Source: a virus
Reading direction: 5' to 3' (one strand)
DNA length: 64,000 nt
Virus record (IMG/VR): IMGVR_UViG_3300023184_000103
Location: 4,273-68,272 of that record
Positions 1 to 9,878 of this stretch are shown here, one piece after another. Positions within the stretch are counted from its first letter, which is position 1, and each line of letters begins with the position of its first letter. The translations under genes were made by a program, and so were the position numbers. The notes under the pieces are model-generated. The model saw only the letters and a program-made list of their open reading frames with translations. It was not told the origin of the DNA and ran no database searches.

Positions 1-32
1 CGTTATAAAAAAGCTGGCGGGGGCTACCGAGA

Positions 33-266
33 TTGAAAGCTCCGCAGCAGTCCCTGAAAGATTGGGGCGACCAGAAATGGCGAACCAAGTCTGGTAAACC
101 GTCGAGTAAGACGGGGGAGCGGTACTTGCCTGAAGCTGCGATTAAAAGTCTCAGCCCGAGTGAGTATGCGGCCACCACCAGAGCTAAAAGGGCGGGTAAA
201 GCTGCTGGAAAACAATTCGTAGCCCAACCCAAGGGCATAGCAAAGAAAACCGCAGGATTTAGATAA
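33..266 (+). CDS. Small basic conserved phage protein (DUF5872-like)
   Basis: 77-aa Lys-rich ORF (SLKDWGDQKWRTKSGK...GERYLP); its stop overlaps the next ATG. Confidence 0.6.
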   Translation: MKAPQQSLKDWGDQKWRTKSGKPSSKTGERYLPEAAIKSLSPSEYAATTRAKRAGKAAGKQFVAQPKGIAKKTAGFR

Positions 267-1183
267 TGACAACTTCGGGCGTTGCTAACTTTGACATGGA
301 CCTGAGTGAGGTCATTGAGGATGCGTTTGAACGCGCAGGCTCTGAACTTCGCACGGGCTATGACATGCGTACGGCGCGTCGGTCACTTAACATCATGTTT
401 GCTGACTGGGCCAACCGGGGCATCAACATGTGGACGATTGAGCAGGGGTCGTTTACCCTGACTCAGGGTTTGAACACCTATGCGCTGCCGGTGGACACCG
501 TAGACTTGCTTGAGCATGTCATCCGCACAAACGCCAACTCGACAGCCAACCAAGCAGATCTGACCATCACCCGGATTAGCGTCAGCACCTACGCCACACT
601 GCCTAACAAGCTGCAGCAAGCGCGGCCCATTCAGGTGATGATCCAACGTAACTCGGGACAGACTTCCGCTACAACCCTAACACTTAGTGGCGCAGTGACT
701 GCCACAGCGACAACTATCACTTTGGATTCTGTCGTGGGACTAGCCGCCGCCGGCTACATCAAGGTAGACAGTGAGATTATTTACTACGGGTATATCGTAG
801 GCAATGTCCTGACAGCTTGCTCCAGAGGTCAGGCAAATACCACCGCAGCCACGCATACAACGAGTACAGCAGTGTATGTATCAAACCCCCCTGCAATCAG
901 CGTCTGGCCCACTCCTGATGGCTCCCAGACCTATACCTTCGTGTACTGGCGGCTGCGTAGGAACCAAAACGCCGGGGACGGCTCGGATACGATGGATGTT
1001 CCGTTCAGGTTTATCCCATGTGTAGCGGCAGGGTTGGCGTACTACTTGGCGCTCAAGCTGCCTAACGGCATGGAGCGGCTGCAGGTATTGAAGATGCAAT
1101 ATGATGAGGCGTGGCAGTTGGCGCAGGATGAGGACCGAGAGAAAGCCGCGGTTCGATTCGTGCCCCGGCAGATGTTTATGTAA
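266..1183 (+). CDS. Head-completion/neck (tail tubular-like) protein, lineage A copy
   Basis: 305 aa; motifs EDAFERAG, RPIQVMIQR, VWPTPD, DVPFRFIP parallel those of 56993..57973 (DHAFRRC, RPNSYWFQR, IWPAP, EVPQRWL). Confidence 0.65.
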   Translation: MTTSGVANFDMDLSEVIEDAFERAGSELRTGYDMRTARRSLNIMFADWANRGINMWTIEQGSFTLTQGLNTYALPVDTVDLLEHVIRTNANSTANQADLTITRISVSTYATLPNKLQQARPIQVMIQRNSGQTSATTLTLSGAVTATATTITLDSVVGLAAAGYIKVDSEIIYYGYIVGNVLTACSRGQANTTAATHTTSTAVYVSNPPAISVWPTPDGSQTYTFVYWRLRRNQNAGDGSDTMDVPFRFIPCVAAGLAYYLALKLPNGMERLQVLKMQYDEAWQLAQDEDREKAAVRFVPRQMFM

Positions 1184-1185
1184 TC

Positions 1186-1569
1186 ATGGGTAATAGGTTC
1201 GCATCCGGCAAGAATTCGATAGCGGAATGTGACCGCTGCGGGTTCCGCTACAAGTTGAAGGAACTGAAGAAAGAAGTTGTCAAGACCAAAACTTACAACT
1301 TGCTGGTGTGCCCAACCTGTTGGACACCGGATCAACCTCAGTTACAGTTGGGGATGTACCCGGTAGATGACCCGCAAGCAGTGCGGGAGCCACGCAGGGA
1401 TTTGAGCTACTACGCTTCTGGCTTGCTGGTAGATGGGTATTCAGGCGAAGGAAGCCGAGTATTTCAGTGGAACTGGAACCCGGTGGGCGGGTCTAGGGCA
1501 AATGATGATGGACTGACACCAAATTACTTGGTAGCAGCATTGGAACTTGGTTCAGTTACAGTAACTTAG
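1186..1569 (+). CDS. Zn-finger structural-region protein
   Basis: CDRC...CPTC, then DxPQ...PR; same position and pattern as 57970..58269. Confidence 0.65.
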   Translation: MGNRFASGKNSIAECDRCGFRYKLKELKKEVVKTKTYNLLVCPTCWTPDQPQLQLGMYPVDDPQAVREPRRDLSYYASGLLVDGYSGEGSRVFQWNWNPVGGSRANDDGLTPNYLVAALELGSVTVT

Positions 1570-1577
1570 GAGTTGAT

Positions 1578-1766
1578 ATGGACAAAGAAGACTTGAAGCA
1601 GGACAAGAAGATGATAGCTGGGGCTGTGCACAAGCACGAGAAGAAGCTGCATCCCGGGCAGCCAATGACCAAGTTTGCCAAAGGCGGCAAGACCGACATG
1701 GACATGATGAAGTACGGTCGTGGTATGGCTAAAGTAATGAACCAGAAATCTGGTCGCGGAGGCTAA
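1578..1766 (+). CDS. Small basic protein with FAKGG motif
   Basis: AGGAG RBS; AVHKHEKKLHPGQPMTKFAKGGK nearly matches a segment of 56165..56554. Confidence 0.7.
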   Translation: MDKEDLKQDKKMIAGAVHKHEKKLHPGQPMTKFAKGGKTDMDMMKYGRGMAKVMNQKSGRGG

Positions 1767-1767
1767 G

Positions 1768-2004
1768 ATGATTAATAACAAATCAGCCGCGGCTTATGCC
1801 AAGCCACACACCATGTCCGGCAAGGCCGTGACCGTTGAAGCCAATCCCGGCGTACTGCCTGACCTAAGCATGTTAAAAAACACTCGCGTTGTGAGCGGAA
1901 ATATTTCCAGCAGTGAGCAACCCGGCGTAAAGGCCTCTGGCATCAAGATGCGCGGAACTGGCGCAGCGACTAAAGGTCTGATGTCTCGGGGTCCGATGGC
2001 ATGA
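1768..2004 (+). CDS. Small basic protein
   Basis: Ends GIKMRGTGAATKG..RGPMA; ATGA overlap with next gene. Confidence 0.65.
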   Translation: MINNKSAAAYAKPHTMSGKAVTVEANPGVLPDLSMLKNTRVVSGNISSSEQPGVKASGIKMRGTGAATKGLMSRGPMA

Positions 2005-2654
2005 ACTACGCTGCGTTGGTTGCTGCCGTTTCGTCGTACACGGAGAATACGTTTCCTACGACAGACATGAATGTGTTTATTACGCAGGCAGAGAAACGCA
2101 TATACAACGCTGTACAGATACCATCTCTACGCAAGAACGTCACGGGCAGCACAACAGCAAGCAACAAGTATTTGCAATGCCCCACTGACTTTCTGTCTAC
2201 CTTCTCTTTGGCAGTAATAGACCCGACTACGGGTGCGTACACGTACCTGCTGAACAAGGATGTGAACTTCATCAGGGAAGCGTATCCCAAGCCAACGTCC
2301 ACTGGAGCGCCCAAGTACTACGCCATATTCGGCCCCCGCTCAGACAACGAAACAGAACTGACGTTCATCCTTGGCCCCACACCCAACGCTGCGTACGGAA
2401 CTGAGCTTCACTACTTCTACTATCCAGAGTCCATCGTCACTGCCTCAAACACATGGCTCAGTGACAACTATGACCCCGCACTTCTGTATGGGACACTGGT
2501 TGAAGCCTACACCTACATGAAGGGTGAGCAGGACATGGTTCTGTTGTACAACACCAAGTTTGGTGAGGCTTTGGTACAGCTTAAACGTCTGGGTGATGGC
2601 TTAGAGCGTCAGGATGCATACCGCAGTGGGCAGGCTAGGATTCCAGTAACATGA
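2001..2654 (+). CDS. Head-to-tail adaptor-like protein, lineage A copy
   Basis: MNYAAL..., G.P.YYA, PTP, LLYGTLVEAY.YMK; homologous pattern to 13237..13869. Confidence 0.7.
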   Translation: MNYAALVAAVSSYTENTFPTTDMNVFITQAEKRIYNAVQIPSLRKNVTGSTTASNKYLQCPTDFLSTFSLAVIDPTTGAYTYLLNKDVNFIREAYPKPTSTGAPKYYAIFGPRSDNETELTFILGPTPNAAYGTELHYFYYPESIVTASNTWLSDNYDPALLYGTLVEAYTYMKGEQDMVLLYNTKFGEALVQLKRLGDGLERQDAYRSGQARIPVT

Positions 2655-3064
2655 TTGCCCAAACCCTAACCACATCCTTCAAGCAGCAACTGCTTCAAGC
2701 GGTACATGATTTCTCCACAGACACCTTCTACATGGCGCTGTACACAGCCAACGCCAGTTTAGGGGCGACTACCACTGTTTACACAACAAGTGGGGAGATT
2801 TCCGGTACAGGTTACACCGCTGCAGGTCAGGTGATGACAGGCATCTCGGTCAGTGTCACAGACACCACTGCTTTTGTAAACTTCACCAACGTGGTATGGA
2901 CTACAGGCGCGTTTACAGCACGGGGTGCCTTGATTTACAATTCATCCAAGGGCAATAAATCGGTGGCAGTATTGGACTTTGGCGCTGATAAAACCACTAC
3001 GACCTCGTTCACTGTTGTTATGCCCACCAACTCATCCACCACCTCATTGATAAGGCTACCATGA
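2651..3064 (+). CDS. Tail/baseplate structural protein
   Basis: SFKQQLL..HDF, GYTAAG, ARGALIYN, VLDFG motifs; coupled to neighbours. Confidence 0.65.
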   Translation: MIAQTLTTSFKQQLLQAVHDFSTDTFYMALYTANASLGATTTVYTTSGEISGTGYTAAGQVMTGISVSVTDTTAFVNFTNVVWTTGAFTARGALIYNSSKGNKSVAVLDFGADKTTTTSFTVVMPTNSSTTSLIRLP

Positions 3065-3639
3065 CTACCGAAAAACTTAAAGCCACTGACACTGTTTCCA
3101 GCGGCCTGACTTGCAATCTAAAGGCGGGGGAAGTTGCTCAAGCTACGGGCGTGTACCATATTGAGTGCCACGACAAAGACGGTAATCTAAAGTGGCAGGC
3201 AGATTCCAAGAACCTTGTAGTGAATGCGGGTCTAGCCTATATGGCTGGCAGTGCCTTAACTTCAGTCACGCAAATCACCTCTTGGTATCTTGGACTGTAT
3301 GGCGCTGGCGCTTCTAACACGCCTGCGGCAGGCGACACTATGTCTTCCCATGCTGGCTGGACAGAGGTTGTGGCCTACAGCAATGCAACCCGTGTGGCTG
3401 CTACGTTTGTAACAGCTACTACTGCCAACCCATCCGTAGTGACTAACTCAGCTTCTCCTGCTGCGTTTAACATCAACGGCACAACGACTGTGGGCGGGGC
3501 TTTCCTGACTAGCGGCAGTGCTAAGAGCGGCACGACAGGTACATTGTTCTCTGCGGCTGACTTTGGCTCCCCCGGTGATCGTTCTGTGGTGAGCGGCGAC
3601 ACTTTGTCTGTGACGTACACATTCAGCTTGGCAGGTTAA
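3061..3639 (+). CDS. Tail structural protein
   Basis: NLVVNAG, WYLGL, C-terminal GDTLSVTYTF beta strand. Confidence 0.65.
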   Translation: MTTEKLKATDTVSSGLTCNLKAGEVAQATGVYHIECHDKDGNLKWQADSKNLVVNAGLAYMAGSALTSVTQITSWYLGLYGAGASNTPAAGDTMSSHAGWTEVVAYSNATRVAATFVTATTANPSVVTNSASPAAFNINGTTTVGGAFLTSGSAKSGTTGTLFSAADFGSPGDRSVVSGDTLSVTYTFSLAG

Positions 3640-3640
3640 T

Positions 3641-4384
3641 ATGGCCGGGTGGGGTTCCGGTGGATGGGGGATATCAGGCTGGGGTGGTTCTGGCTATGAT
3701 TCTTCCATTGACGAAACTGCCACGGGGTCGGATGCGGTAGCAGCGTTAGCGGCTTTAACGGCCTCGGTTAGCGAGACAGGGACAGGGACAGATGCGGTAA
3801 CGAGTCTAGTTGGTGTTAGTTCGGCAGTTACTGAGACGGCGACAGGCACAGATGCGGTTATAGCGGGGCAAGGACTTAGTTCAGCGGTCACTGAGACGGC
3901 GGCAGGTAGTGATGTAATAACAGCAGTACCAACGTACCCCGCAACAGTAGCGGAGACAGCGACAGGATCAGATGCAGTATCTAGTGTGCCGGTGTATGCG
4001 GCGACTATCAGTGAGACAGGAACGGGTTCTGATGCGGTAAGTTCTAGCTTTACGTTCTTCGGGTCTATAACGGAGACGGCGACAGGATCAGATGCAATTG
4101 ACTCGCTACGGTCACTTAACTCGGCAGTAACTGAAAGCGCGACAGGTACGGATGCAGTTGCAACAACGGCAAGTTTGGGTGTATCGGTAGCAGAGACGGC
4201 GGTCAGTGCAGACACGCTAACAGCGGCAGCAGCCTTTGTAGCTTCCATCGTGGAGTTGGCAACCGGGACAGACGCAATAAATGGACGGCCATTCTGGGAT
4301 GTAATTGATGATACACAGAACGCCAACTGGCAGAATATCGGCAATACGCAGACAGCCAACTGGTCTGCTGTTCCAACGACTTAG
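3641..4384 (+). CDS. Ala/Thr/Ser-rich repeat fibre-like protein
   Basis: GWG N-terminus, ~10 copies of a 20-aa SxxETATGxDAV repeat, Trp-spaced C-terminus. Confidence 0.7.
   Translation: MAGWGSGGWGISGWGGSGYDSSIDETATGSDAVAALAALTASVSETGTGTDAVTSLVGVSSAVTETATGTDAVIAGQGLSSAVTETAAGSDVITAVPTYPATVAETATGSDAVSSVPVYAATISETGTGSDAVSSSFTFFGSITETATGSDAIDSLRSLNSAVTESATGTDAVATTASLGVSVAETAVSADTLTAAAAFVASIVELATGTDAINGRPFWDVIDDTQNANWQNIGNTQTANWSAVPTT
3700..4285 (+). repeat. Degenerate coding tandem repeat, 60-nt period, ~10 units
   Basis: gacagg..gatgc recurs at 3781, 3841, 3961, 4081 and 4141, with variants at 3721, 3901, 4021 and 4261. Confidence 0.85.
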
Positions 4385-4393
4385 GAGAAATTA

Positions 4394-5167
4394 ATGGCAA
4401 CGTCATACAGTTCAAATCTGGCTCTGGCCCTACCTGTTACGGGAGAGTTATCGGGTACTTGGGGCACAGTTGTAAACAGCAACATCACCAACATGCTCGA
4501 CGAAGCCTTGGGCTATCAGGCATTTTCAGCCACCGGGGGTGCAGACACGATCACCATCCCTGATGGCACAACGGGGGTAGCCCGGAGTATCTACATCCAG
4601 CTTAACGGCACAGGCGGCGGTAGTGTGGCAGTCCCCACAGCCAAAACAAAGATGTACTTTGTTTTCAACAACACCGCCTCTGCCATCACATTCAAGGTCA
4701 CAGGCCAGACCGGGGTGTCCATCCCAGCCGCAGCAAAGATGGCGCTAGTCAGCAACGGCACAGACATCATCGTTGCCCAGAACTACTTCTCTGCTTTGAC
4801 CCTCGGCGCTGCCCTGCCGGTGGCATCTGGTGGTACAGGCAGTACATCTACAACCTTTGTGAACCTTGCCACCAATGTAACTGGAACACTCCCCGTAGCC
4901 AACGGTGGTACAGGTTTAACCGCAGGAACTTCCGGTGGTGTTCTGGCCTACACAGCATCTGGCACATTGGCATCATCTGCCGCGCTGACTCAGTACGGTG
5001 TTGTCATTGGTGGTGGTGCAGGAGCCGCCCCAACGTCAACCGCTGCAGGCACAGCAGGGTATGTCTTAACTGCTAACTCAGGCGCGGCCCCCACCTTCCA
5101 AGCACCTGCTGCATCTGGCGCTACTAAAGGCCAAGCAATCGCTTTTTCAATGATCTTCGGTCTGTAA
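4394..5167 (+). CDS. Tail fibre protein
   Basis: AGGAG RBS; LPVANGGTG fibre repeats; C-terminal GATKGQAIAFSMIFGL shared with 59919..60149. Confidence 0.75.
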   Translation: MATSYSSNLALALPVTGELSGTWGTVVNSNITNMLDEALGYQAFSATGGADTITIPDGTTGVARSIYIQLNGTGGGSVAVPTAKTKMYFVFNNTASAITFKVTGQTGVSIPAAAKMALVSNGTDIIVAQNYFSALTLGAALPVASGGTGSTSTTFVNLATNVTGTLPVANGGTGLTAGTSGGVLAYTASGTLASSAALTQYGVVIGGGAGAAPTSTAAGTAGYVLTANSGAAPTFQAPAASGATKGQAIAFSMIFGL

Positions 5168-5176
5168 GGAACCATC

Positions 5177-5569
5177 ATGGCAAACCCCAACATAGTCAAC
5201 GTAACGTCCATTCTTGGGACAACGACCTACTACGTACCTAGCGGCACATCCGCAGTTGTTCTTGTGCCTAACGCCGCATCCAGCGGCACGGTGTTCAAGG
5301 TCAACCAGATTGTTGTGGCAAACACTACAGCGTCTGCGGCAAACGCAACGGTGGCGGTGTACTCAAACGGCGCTGTGGCCCAAGGCTCTGCTCCTTCTGG
5401 CGGTACGGCTTATCCTATTGTTTCAGCCGTGTCTGTACCTGCCAATGCCTCGCTGATTGCCGTTGACAAAACAACCGCTGTCTACCTAATGGAAGGCAAC
5501 TCCATCTCCATCACTTCGGGTACTGCAAGTGCGTTGACCTACACAATCAGCTACGAAGTCATAACTTAA
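5177..5569 (+). CDS. Tail-associated beta-sandwich protein (copy 1)
   Basis: AAGGA RBS; 130 aa, close homolog of 60675..61067. Confidence 0.8.
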   Translation: MANPNIVNVTSILGTTTYYVPSGTSAVVLVPNAASSGTVFKVNQIVVANTTASAANATVAVYSNGAVAQGSAPSGGTAYPIVSAVSVPANASLIAVDKTTAVYLMEGNSISITSGTASALTYTISYEVIT

Positions 5570-5581
5570 ACGGGTAGCACC

Positions 5582-6454
5582 ATGTCGATGCGCTACAAAG
5601 GCGGGGTCATCTCTGCCACTGCACCAACAACCTCGTCCAGCGCGGCTTCGGGTATCTGGACGCTTGAGCAGCAGATGCAAGCGCAGGGCGCGGGTAATTG
5701 GCCTGCTCAACCTATTGCCCCCGGCCAACAGGCGTATACGACTGCGGGTACGTTCTCTTGGGTTGCCCCTGCAACAGTTACTTCAGTTTCTGTTGTTGCT
5801 GTAGGTGGTGGGGGTAAAGGGACAACAAATGGGGCGGCTTGTTGCTATCCCGCAACTGGTAGTGGCGGTGGATTAGGGTATAAAAATAACTATACAGTAG
5901 TACCCGGAAATTCTTATACGGTTGTTGTTGGGCCGGGAACATCCTCTACGGCTTCTACAAATAACAGCTATTTTGTTTCTACTGCTGTGGTTAAAGGTGG
6001 CGGTGGCAGTGCCATTTTTTGTACCTCAACTCCACCGTACAGTGCTCCCGGTACTTATACAGGCGATGGTGGCGGTAATGGCGGTGCTGGTCGGTACTGC
6101 ACTGTATTCACTGGTGGCGGCGGCGCTGGGGGTTATGCGGGTAATGGCGGCAATGGTGGGGGAGCACCAACTTGCGGTGCTGGCGGCGGCGGCGGCGGGG
6201 CGTACAGTACCAATGGATACGGTGGTGGTGGCGTAGGGATTTTGGGGCAAGGGGCTAGTGGGGCAAAAGGTACTTCAGGTTCCAAAGCAGGAAAAGGCGG
6301 CTCTGGAGGGGCTGATGGCGACGTGTGCGGGTCTATTGGCGGCGCATACGGTGGTGGTGGCGGGTCAGGTAATGGCGGCAAGGGCGCAGTCCGAATCATC
6401 TGGGGCACTACAGTTACCCGCGCATTCCCATCAACAAATACAGGTGATTTGTAA
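5582..6454 (+). CDS. Glycine-rich tail fibre/receptor-binding protein (copy 1)
   Basis: VTSVSVVAVGGGG...GAVRIIW glycine-rich domain with scattered Cys. Confidence 0.75.
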   Translation: MSMRYKGGVISATAPTTSSSAASGIWTLEQQMQAQGAGNWPAQPIAPGQQAYTTAGTFSWVAPATVTSVSVVAVGGGGKGTTNGAACCYPATGSGGGLGYKNNYTVVPGNSYTVVVGPGTSSTASTNNSYFVSTAVVKGGGGSAIFCTSTPPYSAPGTYTGDGGGNGGAGRYCTVFTGGGGAGGYAGNGGNGGGAPTCGAGGGGGGAYSTNGYGGGGVGILGQGASGAKGTSGSKAGKGGSGGADGDVCGSIGGAYGGGGGSGNGGKGAVRIIWGTTVTRAFPSTNTGDL

Positions 6455-6927
6455 TGAACTTGTATATACAAACCCAAAACAATCAGCCTGTCAACCACCC
6501 AGCGTTTGAGGACAATCTCATTCAAGCGTTTGGTGTAGTCCCCGAACACTGGGAACCTTTCACTCGTATCGAGCGCCCTATACCCGGCGTGTATCAAATG
6601 TTGGAAAGCGGCGAGGCTGTCTACGCCAAAGTAGATGGTGTGTGGACTGATGTATGGACAGTGCGTGACCTGACTATGGAAGAAAAGACTGCCAAACAAC
6701 AGGCTGTGGTCACTGCGTTTAATGACCGCCCACAAGCATCTAACTGGTCGGCATGGGCGTTAGATGAAGCCACCTGCACAATGCAGCCACCCATCCCCCG
6801 GCCTGACCCAGTAGAAGGCAAAATTGTTTTCTGGTGTGGCGCAGATGCCAACTGGAAAGAAGCTCCGGCTCGTCCAGAAGGCGAGTATAAGTTTGATTTC
6901 TTTGCATGGGATTGGGTTGCACTATGA
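6454..6927 (+). CDS. Fibre-associated protein (copy 1)
   Basis: 157 aa, W.LDE.TC...PPIPRP motif; homolog at 62219..62692. Confidence 0.75.
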   Translation: MNLYIQTQNNQPVNHPAFEDNLIQAFGVVPEHWEPFTRIERPIPGVYQMLESGEAVYAKVDGVWTDVWTVRDLTMEEKTAKQQAVVTAFNDRPQASNWSAWALDEATCTMQPPIPRPDPVEGKIVFWCGADANWKEAPARPEGEYKFDFFAWDWVAL

Positions 6928-7610
6928 GCAAGGTAGTCAAAAAATGCAAAGCTGCCGAGTCCGTGGCTGAAGTCGTTCTGCAAACACAACTTCAAGTTGC
7001 GCACCACTTCCCGTGCCCAATCTATCTGATTGAGCGCCCTGACTTTTTGGAGACAGTTTCGTCTATCTCTGAAGAAAGTCTTGCTGAAGCCCGTAAGACG
7101 CAATCGCTCAATGAAATCTATCCCCTGTACATGACGGGCAACTACTTCGGTGACCCGCGCATGGCTAAGTTCTCTGAGTTTGTTGGGGCTACGGCTTGGA
7201 ACATCCTCAATGAGCAGGGCTACGCCATGCAGGACAAGGCCGTGCAGTTTACAGAAATGTGGACACAAGAGCACCACAAGCACTCGGCAATGGACGCACA
7301 CGTTCACGGGTTTGGCTCACAGATTGTGGGCTTCTACTTCCTTGAGACACCAGAAAACTGCTCTCGCGTTGTGTTCCATGATCCCCGTGCTGCCAAGGTG
7401 CAGATTGATCTTCCAGAGCAAGACATGGGCATGGCAACAGCCGCCAGCAAGATGATTAACTTCACGCCCAAACCCGGTATGATGATCTTTGCCAACTCAT
7501 GGCTGATGCACTCGTTCACGCGCCATGCGGCAGACAAGCCAATCAAGTTTGTTCATTTCAACTTGACGGTAATCCCCCAGCCGCAGTCCTGCCCCGCTGA
7601 AGTAATATGA
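6924..7610 (+). CDS. 2OG-Fe(II) oxygenase-like protein (TIGR02466-type), copy 1
   Basis: HVH motif, FHDPR, F.PKPG.MIF.SWLMH, FN ending; likely start MSKVV at 6924. Confidence 0.8.
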   Translation: MSKVVKKCKAAESVAEVVLQTQLQVAHHFPCPIYLIERPDFLETVSSISEESLAEARKTQSLNEIYPLYMTGNYFGDPRMAKFSEFVGATAWNILNEQGYAMQDKAVQFTEMWTQEHHKHSAMDAHVHGFGSQIVGFYFLETPENCSRVVFHDPRAAKVQIDLPEQDMGMATAASKMINFTPKPGMMIFANSWLMHSFTRHAADKPIKFVHFNLTVIPQPQSCPAEVI

Positions 7611-7861
7611 ACACCTACCAGATAAGGTTTAACAAAAGCCGAGGCCAAGCTGGTCGCGGCACGATGGATCATGTCTGGCGAGTCTTTGAGAACGGCAAAG
7701 AGTACCTGTTTAAGAATCTTGACATCTCGGTTCCCGTTAAGAGCGAGAAGGATATCAACGGGGTAGACTACAACATCGTGTGCAAAGGCTACTTGAGCAT
7801 TGACCGAGACACATCTACAGCAGTGATCGCTGCAAAAATCAAACAATTGGAACCAGCATGA
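7607..7861 (+). CDS. Conserved hypothetical protein (copy 1)
   Basis: IRFNKSRGQ.GRG..DHVWRVFE; near-identical second copy. Confidence 0.8.
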   Translation: MNTYQIRFNKSRGQAGRGTMDHVWRVFENGKEYLFKNLDISVPVKSEKDINGVDYNIVCKGYLSIDRDTSTAVIAAKIKQLEPA

Positions 7862-9876
7862 GTAAACGCTATCCGGGCGGGGTCATCACAAAGTCCCCAG
7901 CGACTCCTACTGGGCCGTTCCAAACTGGCGCTGCGCCGGGTATCTGGACGCTTGACCAGCAGTTGCAGTACCAACAGCAAGGTGTCTGGCCTACGGCGGG
8001 ACTATCGCCTAACTACATTGAGGATGTGTTTAGTACGTACCTATGGACTGGTAATGGAACATTATCTATACCTATTGTTAATGGGATTGACTTGTCTGGT
8101 AAGGGTGGATTGGTTTGGATGAAGGGAAGAAATACTGTAAATAACAACTATCTCTATGATACTGTTAGAGGCGTTTCAAGCGGATTAGTCAGCAATACAA
8201 CAAATGCCGCAGCAGATTACCAAGCACTTTCTGCTTTTAATTCTAATGGGTTTACCGATTCTTTTGGTTTTACTTCATCAGAAACCGCTGTCTCATGGAC
8301 ATTCCGCAAGCAGCCAAAGTTCTTTGATGTTGTGACGTATACGGGCGATGGGTCAACAAACCAAACTATTTCCCATAGTCTTGGATCAACTCCGGGCTGT
8401 GTAATTATTAAAAGTACAACAGAAGTTAAAAACTGGGCTGTTTGGCATACAACCATACCGTTTGAGATTGGAAAGTTAAACCTAACGGATGCTTGGACTA
8501 CTTTTAACTACTTTATTACCAGTTCTGGCATTAGCAGCACTACGTTTCAAGTAGGTGGTGGCAATAACTCTACTGCAAACAACCTAACAAATGTTTCTGG
8601 TAAAACCTATGTAGCCTACCTCTTTGCCCACAACGCAGGCGGCTTTGGCCTGACGGGTACGGACAATGTAATTTCGTGTGGGAGCTTTACGCTTACAGGC
8701 GGCACAGACATAATAAACCTTGGATATGAACCTCAATGGCTTTTGACCAAGAAAACCAATGGAACATCTAATTGGCAACTGACAGACAGCATGAGAGGAA
8801 TGACTGTATCAAACAGTGCCGCTTATTTATACCCAAATCTTGCTAACGCTGAAGTCAACGGCGGGTTCGGACTTGTGCCTACTGCTACGGGTATTAGCAT
8901 TAGGGCTGGCAGTACAGGTTCGCCGGGGGATACATTCATCTACATAGCCATACGCCGTGGCCCGATGAAAGTGCCTACGGATGCGACTAAGGTGTTTAGT
9001 CCGCAAACCGCAACATATTCATCTAATCAAGTTGTTACTACAGGGTTTCCTGTTGATATGTTGATGATGAAGGGGAGAACAATTACGTTGGGAACTTTGG
9101 TTTACGATAGACTCAGGGGCTTAGCTTCTACTAATACATCACCCTATGACGCCGCATTGTTTACAAGTGACACAAGTGCTGAAACAGCAGGCGACTATAC
9201 AAACACCGCTAACAATACAGGTTATCAAATTTCTCCGGGGTTTTCTGGATTTTCTTCGGTCAATTACAACTTTCAACGCGCCCCCGGCTTCTTTGATGAG
9301 GTTTGCTATACGGGGACTGGGAGTGCTACGACTGTGACGCATAACTTGACTGTTGCGCCTGAAATAGTAATTAATAAAAGAAGGAGCAACACTTCTGACT
9401 GGAACGTGTCCTACGGTAATTTTAGTAAATCCATGTACCTTAATACGTCAGACGATGACTCAGTAGTAGGTGCCAGTTATGTAACATCCCCGACTACAAC
9501 TTCGTTTTCTTTAAGTAATAACACATTTAACGTATCAGGTAGCACTTACGTAGCCTACCTATTTGCCACTTGTGCGGGTGTTTCTAAAGTAGGCAGCTAC
9601 ACAGGAAACGGCACAACCCAGACCATCAACTGCGGCTTTACAGGCGGGGCGAGGTTTGTGCTCATAAAGCGTACGGACTCAACGGGTGATTGGCGCGTAG
9701 TAGATACTGCCCGTGGCATGGTTTCTGGCACTGACCCCTATTTAAGCCTAAATAGCACTGCTGCCGAAGTAAATGCTAATAACGTTTACACCGTAACAAC
9801 GGGTTTCCAGTTGGTCAGCTCCGATGCCAACTTTAATGCAAATGGCGGTTCCTACATTTTCCTTGCGGTGGCCTAG
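7858..9876 (+). CDS. Large tail fibre/spike protein with internal repeats
   Basis: Repeated FFD.V.YTG.G...I.H.L...P...I.K and YVAYLFA units. Confidence 0.75.
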   Translation: MSKRYPGGVITKSPATPTGPFQTGAAPGIWTLDQQLQYQQQGVWPTAGLSPNYIEDVFSTYLWTGNGTLSIPIVNGIDLSGKGGLVWMKGRNTVNNNYLYDTVRGVSSGLVSNTTNAAADYQALSAFNSNGFTDSFGFTSSETAVSWTFRKQPKFFDVVTYTGDGSTNQTISHSLGSTPGCVIIKSTTEVKNWAVWHTTIPFEIGKLNLTDAWTTFNYFITSSGISSTTFQVGGGNNSTANNLTNVSGKTYVAYLFAHNAGGFGLTGTDNVISCGSFTLTGGTDIINLGYEPQWLLTKKTNGTSNWQLTDSMRGMTVSNSAAYLYPNLANAEVNGGFGLVPTATGISIRAGSTGSPGDTFIYIAIRRGPMKVPTDATKVFSPQTATYSSNQVVTTGFPVDMLMMKGRTITLGTLVYDRLRGLASTNTSPYDAALFTSDTSAETAGDYTNTANNTGYQISPGFSGFSSVNYNFQRAPGFFDEVCYTGTGSATTVTHNLTVAPEIVINKRRSNTSDWNVSYGNFSKSMYLNTSDDDSVVGASYVTSPTTTSFSLSNNTFNVSGSTYVAYLFATCAGVSKVGSYTGNGTTQTINCGFTGGARFVLIKRTDSTGDWRVVDTARGMVSGTDPYLSLNSTAAEVNANNVYTVTTGFQLVSSDANFNANGGSYIFLAVA

Positions 9877-9878
9877 AC

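Larger units (their letters stand above)
5120..8120 (+). repeat. Copy 1 of diverged fibre-accessory module (copy 2 at ~60102..63900)
   Basis: 5120-5181 matches 60102-60163 at 60/62 nt; six genes in the same order; 7607..7861 and 63381..63635 differ by one residue. Confidence 0.9.

Noticed and set aside
3700-4285. CRISPR-like array from the regular 60-nt period
   Set aside because: Repeats are degenerate at third codon positions and lie within an ORF; there is no invariant repeat with unique spacers.
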